This document shows, piece by piece, positions 18,205 through 27,100 of a DNA stretch of 59,388 nt. Origin of the DNA: a virus. Lineage: Duplodnaviria; Caudoviricetes. Location of the stretch: positions 1 to 59,388 of IMG/VR virus record IMGVR_UViG_3300014913_000015, one strand, 5' to 3'. The notes beneath the pieces are model-generated. The model had not been told where the DNA came from, ran no database searches, and worked only from the letters and a program-made list of their open reading frames with translations. Positions within the stretch are counted from its first letter, which is position 1; each line of letters starts with the position of its first letter. Made by a program: the position numbers and the translations under genes.

Positions 18205-18675
18205 ATGGCAAGAACATCATTTGAAATTACTGAGTTTAATGATCCAGCTTTCATTGGGCTTCTACTTCCGATTTTGAAGGAAATATTTGCAAGGACGGGA
18301 ATTAATGAAATGAAGCCGGAGGATTATATTCATCAATTAGCACATGCCCTTTTTACCAATCAACCAGTGAAAATTTATACAGCTATTGAGAAAAAGACTG
18401 GGGAAGTAGGGGCAATAGCGATATTGACTGCTGGAGGATTTCCTCCGCGGGTATGGGTTGAAGTATTGGGGCAGGCAAAAAAGTTTGCTAAGCAACGTCC
18501 GGCACAAAAGTTGTATCGAAGAATGATTTCTGATATGGAAAAAAGCGGGATAAAAGAAATTTATTGTATTGTACGGAAACCTGCAGCAGCGAAACTCTTT
18601 ATGAGAGAAGCTGCTTTTCGACCAAAAGAAGTAGTTCTTATCAAACAAATAGGAGGGGTAAAAAGTGGTCGGTAG
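18205..18675 (+). CDS. putative GNAT-fold protein preceding the ejection proteins
   Basis: 156 aa with a GNAT-like pattern (KSGIKEIYC...LF...F); position similar to T7 gp13 / P22 gp14-type genes. Confidence 0.45.
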   Translation: MARTSFEITEFNDPAFIGLLLPILKEIFARTGINEMKPEDYIHQLAHALFTNQPVKIYTAIEKKTGEVGAIAILTAGGFPPRVWVEVLGQAKKFAKQRPAQKLYRRMISDMEKSGIKEIYCIVRKPAAAKLFMREAAFRPKEVVLIKQIGGVKSGR

Positions 18676-19375
18676 AAGAATGACAGGATTCTCTCCTTGG
18701 TTTTATCCTTTTTATGGAAGAGGCTTTCCATCTTGGTATCTCTGGCAATGGCTCCCCAGACATCTTCTTTATGAACTTGATTATCAAAAGCCAGAAGGAG
18801 GTCCTAATCTCTTTGGTAACATCTCTTCTCCTCCCGGTATCTGGCAATTCTGGCAACGCCTCCCTCGACATGTTCTTTTCCAGCTTCAATATGGTAGACC
18901 ACGACCAAGAATGGTATCTTCGATATCTACTGAGAATATTCCTCATCCTAGTCCCCCTTCTTCTGAAAATATCCAGCCTACTTCCAGTTCTTCTGCTAGC
19001 ACATCTCCTCCCGGTATCTGGCAATTCTGGCAACACCTCCCTCGACAGGTTCTTTTTCAATTACAGTATGGTGGAAAACGTCCTTGGCAACTTTGGCAAC
19101 ATCTGCCACGGCAGGTACTTTTTCAATTGCAATATGGTAAAGAACGTCCTACTGGAAATATATATTCTGAAGAAATTTCTTCTGAAAATATTTCTCAACT
19201 TGGTTCTGGCATCCCTTCTGAAAATATTTTCTATCCTGGATTTTCGTCAGGGAAAAAATATATAACCAGTCGCGGTGCTTCATATGCTATACCTAGAGGG
19301 ATAACTCCATCCACTTTCCGTTCGAGACGAGCGTATGGTGCAATTAGTTCAGCACTTACCCGTGGAAGATATTAA
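18665..19375 (+). CDS. repeat-containing Trp/Gln/Pro-rich protein
   Basis: four copies of a WQxWQxLPRxVLFQLQYG-like unit plus four S/T-ENI units; AGGAGG RBS. Confidence 0.6.
   Translation: MVGRRMTGFSPWFYPFYGRGFPSWYLWQWLPRHLLYELDYQKPEGGPNLFGNISSPPGIWQFWQRLPRHVLFQLQYGRPRPRMVSSISTENIPHPSPPSSENIQPTSSSSASTSPPGIWQFWQHLPRQVLFQLQYGGKRPWQLWQHLPRQVLFQLQYGKERPTGNIYSEEISSENISQLGSGIPSENIFYPGFSSGKKYITSRGASYAIPRGITPSTFRSRRAYGAISSALTRGRY
18731..19150 (+). repeat. four imperfect in-frame direct repeats
   Basis: identical 31-mer TCTCCTCCCGGTATCTGGCAATTCTGGCAAC at 18827 and 19004; more diverged copies near 18731 and 19082. Confidence 0.85.
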
Positions 19376-19386
19376 GCAGGGGGGAT

Positions 19387-20109
19387 TTGAAAATGGGTGG
19401 TGGCAAAAAAAAGACCAAGACAGTTCAAAGGGTTTATTATCCACCTGGATTTGAAAGTTTTTTCCGTCGAGCAGGTGATATTCTTCTTAAACACGCTCAG
19501 GTTCCCCGAGGCCCTACTTTTGAAATGAAACTTTCTCCTTTTGAAAAAGATATCTATGGGCGAGTATCTTCTCTTCTTTCTGCTGGCACTACTCCAGTTG
19601 ATACTCTTGTTCAAAATTACTTTTTAAATCGAATGGGGATCACTTCTCCATTATCCCGCTTGACTGGAACTTCTGTATCTGAATCGCCTCTACAAGTGCT
19701 CCCTTCTCTTAGTGAAAGTGGATTGCCAGAGTATTACGAACCCATTCCTCCTGCGATTAGTTTACCTCAATCCAAAGATAAAGAAGAGGAATGGTCCTTG
19801 CCTACCAGTTGGCAACAACTTTTTACCGTAGCGCCATTACCTAAATCGCCAAGTGATGTACTCCGAAGTCTGCAAATTGGAGCTACGGCGTTAGCTCTAA
19901 AACAACAATTCCCTGAGTTAACTACCAATGAAGCTCAAGGAATAATCAGTGATCTTCTTTCTCGATCTTATTCATACGATTATGGTTATGGATTACCAGA
20001 TAGTGTTGGTCGTTTCTTATATGGTAAAGACGAACCAATCAGACGTGCTTTCCGCATGCTTGAATCTGCTGGTTTGTTAAATATTCGTGATGTACACCCG
20101 GAGGTGTAA
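19387..20109 (+). CDS. putative internal virion / ejection protein
   Basis: MGGGKKKTKTVQ N-terminus typical of podovirus pilot proteins; position. Confidence 0.55.
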   Translation: MKMGGGKKKTKTVQRVYYPPGFESFFRRAGDILLKHAQVPRGPTFEMKLSPFEKDIYGRVSSLLSAGTTPVDTLVQNYFLNRMGITSPLSRLTGTSVSESPLQVLPSLSESGLPEYYEPIPPAISLPQSKDKEEEWSLPTSWQQLFTVAPLPKSPSDVLRSLQIGATALALKQQFPELTTNEAQGIISDLLSRSYSYDYGYGLPDSVGRFLYGKDEPIRRAFRMLESAGLLNIRDVHPEV

Positions 20110-20119
20110 ACAACTACCA

Positions 20120-21052
20120 ATGGCAAATGACCTTTTTACAAATCTTTTAGGTCCTTATCAGGAAGCTTTTCAGACAAGTGAAGCTCTGCGCTTAGGTACC
20201 CTTTCCCAGCAACTTGCCGATTGGTTAACAAGACAAAAAGCAGAAACTGGACTTGATCTTGAGCAGTTTCAAAAACTAATCGTAAGTCCAGCTCTTAAAG
20301 GAGCCCGGGACGTAGTTGAAGAAGCCCTTCGAGGGAAAGAGGAAATTGAAGAGCGATATGGAGTGCCTTTCAGACAAGCTCTCAGCCGTCTTGGAGAGGA
20401 TCTTGCGCGTGCTCAGCGCAAGCTACAATATCGGTTTGGTGCCAGAGGGATGATAGGAAGTGGACCTTGGGTCGAGGCAAGAGCTGACCTTATCCGTAGT
20501 TATATGCGCCCGCTCATTGACCAATTGTATGGTTATCGGAGAGGAATTTCAGAATGGGAGGGAACTGATGTAGAAACTCCTCTCCGGCGTCTTGCTCTCG
20601 GAATAGAAAGAGGACAGCTTGGTTTAGGTCGGATTCCAATTTCGCTTATGGAATACCGTCGTCAACTTTATTCAGTTCTTCCACAGGCTGCAGAAAGAGC
20701 CTATGGCATATTGAGTGATCTTCTGAGTCGTGCTCAGACGGAAAAACGTTACGAAGATCTTATGCGAATGACAGGCGCGGAGACACTCTATGAGATGTAT
20801 GGCACACCAGCAATACTGTCCACTCTAGGAACTCTTTACGGATTAGCTGGAGCGCCAAGAGAAGTTGAGGAAGCGAATGTAGAGGCTGCTTTGCAGGATC
20901 TATTGTATCGCCTTGGAATTATGAGTCGTATTGCAGGCGGTTTTGGACAACCAAGAATAGAGGAAAGAGTTGAAACAACTCCTTATCTTGGTCCCGCTCT
21001 CCTGAGCGGAATTCAGACAGGGATTATGTCATATCTACTTTCACAGATGTAG
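20120..21052 (+). CDS. putative internal virion / ejection protein
   Basis: helical, with an ARGMIGSG motif; ATG 20120 preferred to the ORF-track start at 20087. Confidence 0.55.
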   Translation: MANDLFTNLLGPYQEAFQTSEALRLGTLSQQLADWLTRQKAETGLDLEQFQKLIVSPALKGARDVVEEALRGKEEIEERYGVPFRQALSRLGEDLARAQRKLQYRFGARGMIGSGPWVEARADLIRSYMRPLIDQLYGYRRGISEWEGTDVETPLRRLALGIERGQLGLGRIPISLMEYRRQLYSVLPQAAERAYGILSDLLSRAQTEKRYEDLMRMTGAETLYEMYGTPAILSTLGTLYGLAGAPREVEEANVEAALQDLLYRLGIMSRIAGGFGQPRIEERVETTPYLGPALLSGIQTGIMSYLLSQM

Positions 21053-21062
21053 GTGAGGTGTA

Positions 21063-22460
21063 ATGGGTGCTGATCCTGTATCCCTTATAGTTGGAGGAAT
21101 AGTTACTCCAGCAGTAGGAGCTGCTACACAGGCTGCGTTCACTGGTGGTGGAGGTACGGTCACTACCACCGCTCAAGAACCAGCAATGGTTTCGGCAATG
21201 CGTTCTCGTGCGATTAGTGCAGCCGCTCCTATTCTACTTGATCTGCTGGAACATCCTGAACATGTAGGTTATTATACTGGTTTACAGTATCTTGTTCCTC
21301 CTCTGACTCCTGCTGAACAGACTATCTATAATATGGTCCAGAATCTTTATACTCAGGGGACTCCTTATGACATTCTTCTGGGGGAACTTTCTAAAGCAGT
21401 TCTTGAGGCAAAACCTGAAGAGTATGCCGCTCCCGCTGAAAGAGCAATAGTGATGGAGACTTTCTTTGGACCCAGCGGTCTGGGAGCTATCAGACGAGGT
21501 TTGGAAGCGCTTACAGGAGGAATTGAGTCCGAGCTTGCTCCTATAATTCAACAGATTGGAAGAACCCGTGAAGCTGCTGGAACACTTGCTCGATTGCTTG
21601 AGCAGGCAGGCGCAAGGACAGAGGAAGTGATTGGGGAACAGGCTGAAGCGATGAGGAGACAGGCTGAAGATACTTTACGCAATGCCGTTCTTGGAACTAT
21701 CCAACAATATCTCACTCCTCGTGGAAGTTTTTGGGAAAAGTTAGCTGCGCGAGGAATGGGGGAGGCTGCTGGTAAGCTTTCCGATCTTCTTGAAAGAGAA
21801 CTTGCTAATCTTCGTATTCCAGAGGTAGATGTTGAGGCAATTCTACCTCGTCTTGGAAGTAGAGAAATTGAGACTCTTGCTTCTTCTATTATGTCAGAAG
21901 AGCCGCCGAAAGGTGAAGTTGGTTCAATATTACCATTTCTCGCTTGGCAGTCACCTCTTCTCCAAAGGATGATTGGGGCAAGGAGTCTTGCTGATTATTA
22001 CAAAGATGTGTTTGCCGCTCGTCAATTTCTTGACAAAATGCAGCTTGGAGCTGCCAAGACTCTTGAGAATTTATTCGGTCTACGAGGTATGACCAAGCGT
22101 CTTGCTCAATTCGCTCCTTGGGCCGCAATCCCACGCGAAAGAGAACATAAGATGAAGACTGCTACCGAACGACTCTGGGAAAAAATAGCTGAAACTGCTA
22201 TGGGTATGATGCGGATACAGCCAGCCGGATCAACTACAACTACTAAAGGGCCTTCCTTTGGTCAGCAATTTCTCAGCCATTTCTTGCCTGGTGTTGGTAG
22301 TTACTTTACCCGTACTTTGCTTAATCAGTTGACTCCTACTCCATCTGCTCCGCTAATGACACCTGGGCAGTGGTCAAGTGGATGGGGGCAATTCAGTCAG
22401 TGGGGTTATGAGGGACCTCCTTCATATAGTTCTTCAACTCCGGGAGGTTATTTTGGCTAA
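21063..22460 (+). CDS. putative internal virion / ejection protein
   Basis: Gly/Ala-rich N-terminus, Thr-rich linkers, LAARG motif. Confidence 0.6.
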   Translation: MGADPVSLIVGGIVTPAVGAATQAAFTGGGGTVTTTAQEPAMVSAMRSRAISAAAPILLDLLEHPEHVGYYTGLQYLVPPLTPAEQTIYNMVQNLYTQGTPYDILLGELSKAVLEAKPEEYAAPAERAIVMETFFGPSGLGAIRRGLEALTGGIESELAPIIQQIGRTREAAGTLARLLEQAGARTEEVIGEQAEAMRRQAEDTLRNAVLGTIQQYLTPRGSFWEKLAARGMGEAAGKLSDLLERELANLRIPEVDVEAILPRLGSREIETLASSIMSEEPPKGEVGSILPFLAWQSPLLQRMIGARSLADYYKDVFAARQFLDKMQLGAAKTLENLFGLRGMTKRLAQFAPWAAIPREREHKMKTATERLWEKIAETAMGMMRIQPAGSTTTTKGPSFGQQFLSHFLPGVGSYFTRTLLNQLTPTPSAPLMTPGQWSSGWGQFSQWGYEGPPSYSSSTPGGYFG

Positions 22461-22480
22461 TTGAGGAGGTCGAAGAGTAG

Positions 22481-24124
22481 ATGAACCAAGGATTGATTTC
22501 TGAATTTCTAACTGGGTTCTTAATGGGAAGCAGTGAAGATCCCCTTTCAATTATGCGTTTCCTTGAAGAGAGACGTCGCCAGAATGAACAGCGACGTTTG
22601 CGTGAACTCCAAATGGCAATGGAACAAGAACGGTTGCGAATGCAGCAGGAGCGATTGCGATTAGCGGAAGAAGCAGCTAAAAGAGATGTTGCCAGCTTTT
22701 TAGCAGGTATGGGGATAAAACCAAGCGCTGTTTTGGAAGCACTTAAAAGAGGAGAATTACCTGAGCTCAAGCCTGAAGAAGTAATCTTTGGTGCAGAAAG
22801 ACCTCTTACAGAGGAACTACCTCGTTTAATGACCGAACTTCCCTATATTGAGGATATTACTGTAAAAGAGATCCCAGCTACTTTACGAGGTAAACCATAT
22901 GTTCCTTCAGAAGAGGCTTACATTTACGAACCTACACCCGCTGAAGGTGAATTTAAGCCTCCGAAAACTGAACTCAAGGCAAAAATATCTCCATATCAGA
23001 CTCCAGAGCAAACTCGACGGGCAGTACTTGCTAAACTACGCGAAATAATTCCTCGTGATAAATGGCAGTTGATTGTTACTGGGAAGACAGTTCCAACAAC
23101 TGAGGACATTGTAGAAAAATACAAAACTCTCAAAGAAGCCGCTGTTAAGATAAGTAAAGAAACAGGCACCCCTCAAATAATAGTTGAAGAGACTTTAGGT
23201 CTTCCTGTTGACCCATTTGCAAAAAAAGACATAGCTCTTGCAAATATGTACACACGACTCAAACGACTGTTTGGAGATAAATATTCTGATGATGAATTGT
23301 TAATGTATGCCTTTGCGGCTGTTTACGGTGGTGGAAAAGTACAACTTGGAAAATTGGAAGATGAAAACGTTGCAGTATCTTGGCGGACTTTTTCTCAAGG
23401 ACCATATAAAATAATGGCTCTTGTTCGCCATGACAAGAAAACTGGGAAACCTTTAGGAATGGAAATTTTTAATGTGGATTTTGATCGCAACTGGATTCAG
23501 CAACAAACGAACAACCTTTCTACTCTTGGGGCAAAAACTTCTGCTCTTGATCCTGACACAGTTGGGCGTGTTGTTGCTGAAGCTTCCAAAGTGATATGGG
23601 GGAATAAACAAATACCTCTTGGTTCACGAAACACTGCATGGTCAATGTATATCTCTACTGCTCGTCAAAAGAATCCAGCGGCTGTATGGTCTTTTCTTTA
23701 TGCTACTGTTCCAGCCCATACGGTGGTAGGGCAACATGTCAGAGCAGGATTGAAGAGATGGGCTACAAGCAATGTTCCTGATCGCTTTGCTCCCGAACAG
23801 ATAATTGGAATTCAACAAAATTTGCAAAAGCTGAGCACTTTAGTTAAAGATAAGTTTTGGGAAAATATCAATAAAATAGCTGGGATTGATGTTGAGAATT
23901 TACGGGAAAGTGATATAGTCAAGATAGCCAAGATCATTGGCAAACCAGTTGGGAAGCAAAGTTTACAGGAATATAAACAGAGAGCTCAAACGTTTCAAAC
24001 GCTCTATACGAGATTTCTCAAAAGTATTAATGAAGCACCAGAAAAGCCGGATCAGTTTGCGCAGAGTTTGAAAGACTTGATCGAATTCCTTGAGAAGGAA
24101 TTTCAAGCTTACCAAGAGCAGTAA
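22481..24124 (+). CDS. putative internal virion / ejection protein
   Basis: FLTGF followed by an Arg/Glu/Gln coiled coil at the N-terminus; 547 aa. Confidence 0.6.
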   Translation: MNQGLISEFLTGFLMGSSEDPLSIMRFLEERRRQNEQRRLRELQMAMEQERLRMQQERLRLAEEAAKRDVASFLAGMGIKPSAVLEALKRGELPELKPEEVIFGAERPLTEELPRLMTELPYIEDITVKEIPATLRGKPYVPSEEAYIYEPTPAEGEFKPPKTELKAKISPYQTPEQTRRAVLAKLREIIPRDKWQLIVTGKTVPTTEDIVEKYKTLKEAAVKISKETGTPQIIVEETLGLPVDPFAKKDIALANMYTRLKRLFGDKYSDDELLMYAFAAVYGGGKVQLGKLEDENVAVSWRTFSQGPYKIMALVRHDKKTGKPLGMEIFNVDFDRNWIQQQTNNLSTLGAKTSALDPDTVGRVVAEASKVIWGNKQIPLGSRNTAWSMYISTARQKNPAAVWSFLYATVPAHTVVGQHVRAGLKRWATSNVPDRFAPEQIIGIQQNLQKLSTLVKDKFWENINKIAGIDVENLRESDIVKIAKIIGKPVGKQSLQEYKQRAQTFQTLYTRFLKSINEAPEKPDQFAQSLKDLIEFLEKEFQAYQEQ

Positions 24125-24148
24125 ATCTGAGAGTTTTATCAATTAAGC

Positions 24149-27100
24149 ATGGGTAGGAAACTATCATTGTTTGATCTCCTCGATGAAGAGGAGAAGGACA
24201 CTTTGACCACACCTGAAAAGATCGCACCTCTTGCGTCTGAAACCGAAATCTTTTCTCTAATTCCTCGTTGGGAAACCAAGAAAGAACTTTCCCTTCCAAA
24301 ATCTCCTTCCGGAACAATTAGTCTTTTTGATCTCGCGGAAGAAGAACCTAAACCAGAGAAAAAAGAAGAAACTAAAAAACCGTCTGCACCGATCAGTCTC
24401 TTTGATCTTATGGAAAAAGAGATCGAGATTCCTAAAGAGCCTTTCTACAAACGTCTTCTTCGTCCACTTGAAGGCTTTTATAAAGCTATAGAAACTGCTG
24501 CTCCACGCTCCCGCGAAGATATCGAAAAGATTAAAGAAGGTCTGAAAATCGGAGTAAAACAAACTATTTTTCACACTTGGCCAGAATGGCTTACCGGTCT
24601 CCGAAAGATAGCTCCTTTTGCCCACCCTGTTCTTCTTGGCGAAACAATAGCCGCCAAGATAGCTGGAAAAGAAGAACTACTGAGACCTACTGAAAAGGTA
24701 GAGAAAGAACTCGTCCGTAAAATTGAAAAACTTGGGCCTACTGAGGAAGAAATTGAAAAGCTCAAGAAAGATCCGACGATTCGGGCATGGGCAAGGGTTG
24801 GTGGATTTGCTGCTGATATTCCCCGGATAATGGGATTAGGATATGCTTTAGGACCTCTCCTTGGTCCTCTTGCTGAAGGAGCCTCTGGAGCAACAATCTT
24901 CCTTGCTCGTCCTCTTCTTCGTCGTGTGGCTACTAATCCCAAGATGCTCCGTCTGGCGGAGCGTTTCCTGATCAAGCTTCCCCAGAGAATGGTTACCGAT
25001 ACTGCCATCTTTTCTGCTCTTTCTGCTCCTCATCCTGAAGAGATGCTTGAAGCTGCCAAGACAGGCGTCACCTTCGGCCTTCTCGCTGGTCCAGCAGGAA
25101 GAAAACTTCAGCCTATTACTACCGGTCTTGCTGCCTATATATCTGCTAAACGGGAAGGAGCAAGCGATGAGGATGCAGCTTGGGAAGCGCTTATGTTTAC
25201 TGGTTTCAACAAGTTCCTTCCTCACAGTGAATGGACAGAAGAAAATATTCTTAAGATTGGTGGGATCAAATCCAAAAAACAGCGAGCCTATATCAGAGAT
25301 GAGCTCCTGAAAGAACGACTCGGAATAGGAAAAGCCGATCCAGAAGCGAAGAAAGCTGCTGCGAATGCCTATATGCGTTGGCTTGAACACTATAGTCTTC
25401 CTCTTGAAAAGATTGCTGGACGAGCTCTTTCCCCTGAAGAGACTACTAAAGTAGTCGCTTCTCTTGAGAAATTCTTTACGGAAGAAGCGAAGAAGATAAA
25501 ACTTGATCCTCTTGATGAGGTAGTTGGGTTACTTGAAGCAAAGGCCGACCTTAAAGTCGCTCCTGCTTTACGGGAACTTGAACGTCAGGTAACGAGACAG
25601 AAGCCAGAAGATGAAGGTCTTTATTCTACTATTGCTGATCTTCATATCAAATCAGTTCTTTCTGCTGCCAGAGAGTGGAAAGAACAGATTGATCAATTAG
25701 CTCGTAAAACTGAACTTGATAAAAAAGCTGCAAAGCTCCTCCCCAAAGCAACTGCCAAACTAATCGTTGAAAAAATCCATGGTCTCCTTCCTGTCACCCA
25801 AGCAAAAGCCGACATGTCTCTCGCTGAAAGAGCTGACCGCTTAGGTGATCTCGTTAGAATTACTCTTAGAAAGAAAAAAAGCACGGTTGCAAGCGCTCTT
25901 AAAGCATTAGCCGAAAGAGCAAGAGAAGTTCATCCTGATGATAAAAAGAAACTTCTTGATTTGGAGAAGGAATACGAGAATCTTGAGAAAAAAGTCTTTG
26001 AACTTGAACAGAAGCTGATTGCAGAAACACCTGATGAACAAAAACCGGCTGTTGCTCGTCAACTTTATACACAACTTTCCAATTTTATTCGTGGAGAAGA
26101 AATCCAGCCGCTCAGTATACGCAAAATAGAGGAAATACCTGAGCCGATTCCTAAAGAAGAAGTTCCTCCAAAAGGTGTTGAAGAAATTCCTCCCGAACCC
26201 AGAGTTGAAGGAACTCATGAGGGAGTCATACCAACACCTCAGACAATTCTTGTAGAAGCTACCAAACTTATTGATCGGGTTAGCAAAGAAGCTCCTAAGA
26301 AACCAGAAATAGATGTTGATTCTATCCTTTTCAATGTAAAACCTCAAAAAGGTAAACACTTTATCTTTTTAGAGGATACAGGTGAATTTGTTGAAGTCCC
26401 CAAACCTTCCTCTATCAGAGTTCCTACTGAACACTTAAATATTGAACCCGAAGCCCTCGATCTTTTCACCTATTACAGTGGGCGTTTTGAAGGCTGGCCA
26501 ATAATCCTTGGAAAAACAGGAAGAGTTATTGATGTTGTTCCAGACCGTGCAACTGCCTTCCAACGTGCTGCTGAAATTTTTGCCAATCCTGAAAGAGTAG
26601 CGGAAATCCTTGCTCAAGCGGCAACTGATATTCGTAACGGGCAGATTTCTCCTCGCTGGAGACCAGAAGAAATAGAAACAGAACGGAGATTTTCCGATAT
26701 TATTGCAAAGCATATTCGTAATGAGGCGGAGGCAATTAAAGCTAGAATTGAGGAAGATCCTATGGCTGCTTACCTTGGTGCTTATGGAATAGCTGGAGCT
26801 GCTGCGATAGAACCTATTTCTAAAGCAGCCGTAGAAGCTAATAAATTCAGCGGAATTGGAGCTATCGCCCTTGACATTGCAAACTTCAAAGCTGCTATCA
26901 ATGATGTCTTCGGCCATCCGTTTGGAGATAAGATAATTCAGAAGATAGTTGATACTTTACGCTCCTTTGAGAAAGAACATCATGTAAGGTTCTCCCGAAT
27001 TCCTATCCGTGTAGGTGGAGACGAATTCATTGTCTTCCTCTCCGCGAGAAACGCAAAGGAAGTTGAAAACCTCGCCTCAAGTATCAAAAAGAAGGTTACC

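Noticed and set aside
18731-19150. Repeats as a CRISPR array or a DGR template/variable pair
   Set aside because: They are in-frame coding repeats with irregular spacing; mismatches are not adenine-specific; no cas or reverse transcriptase gene is in the window
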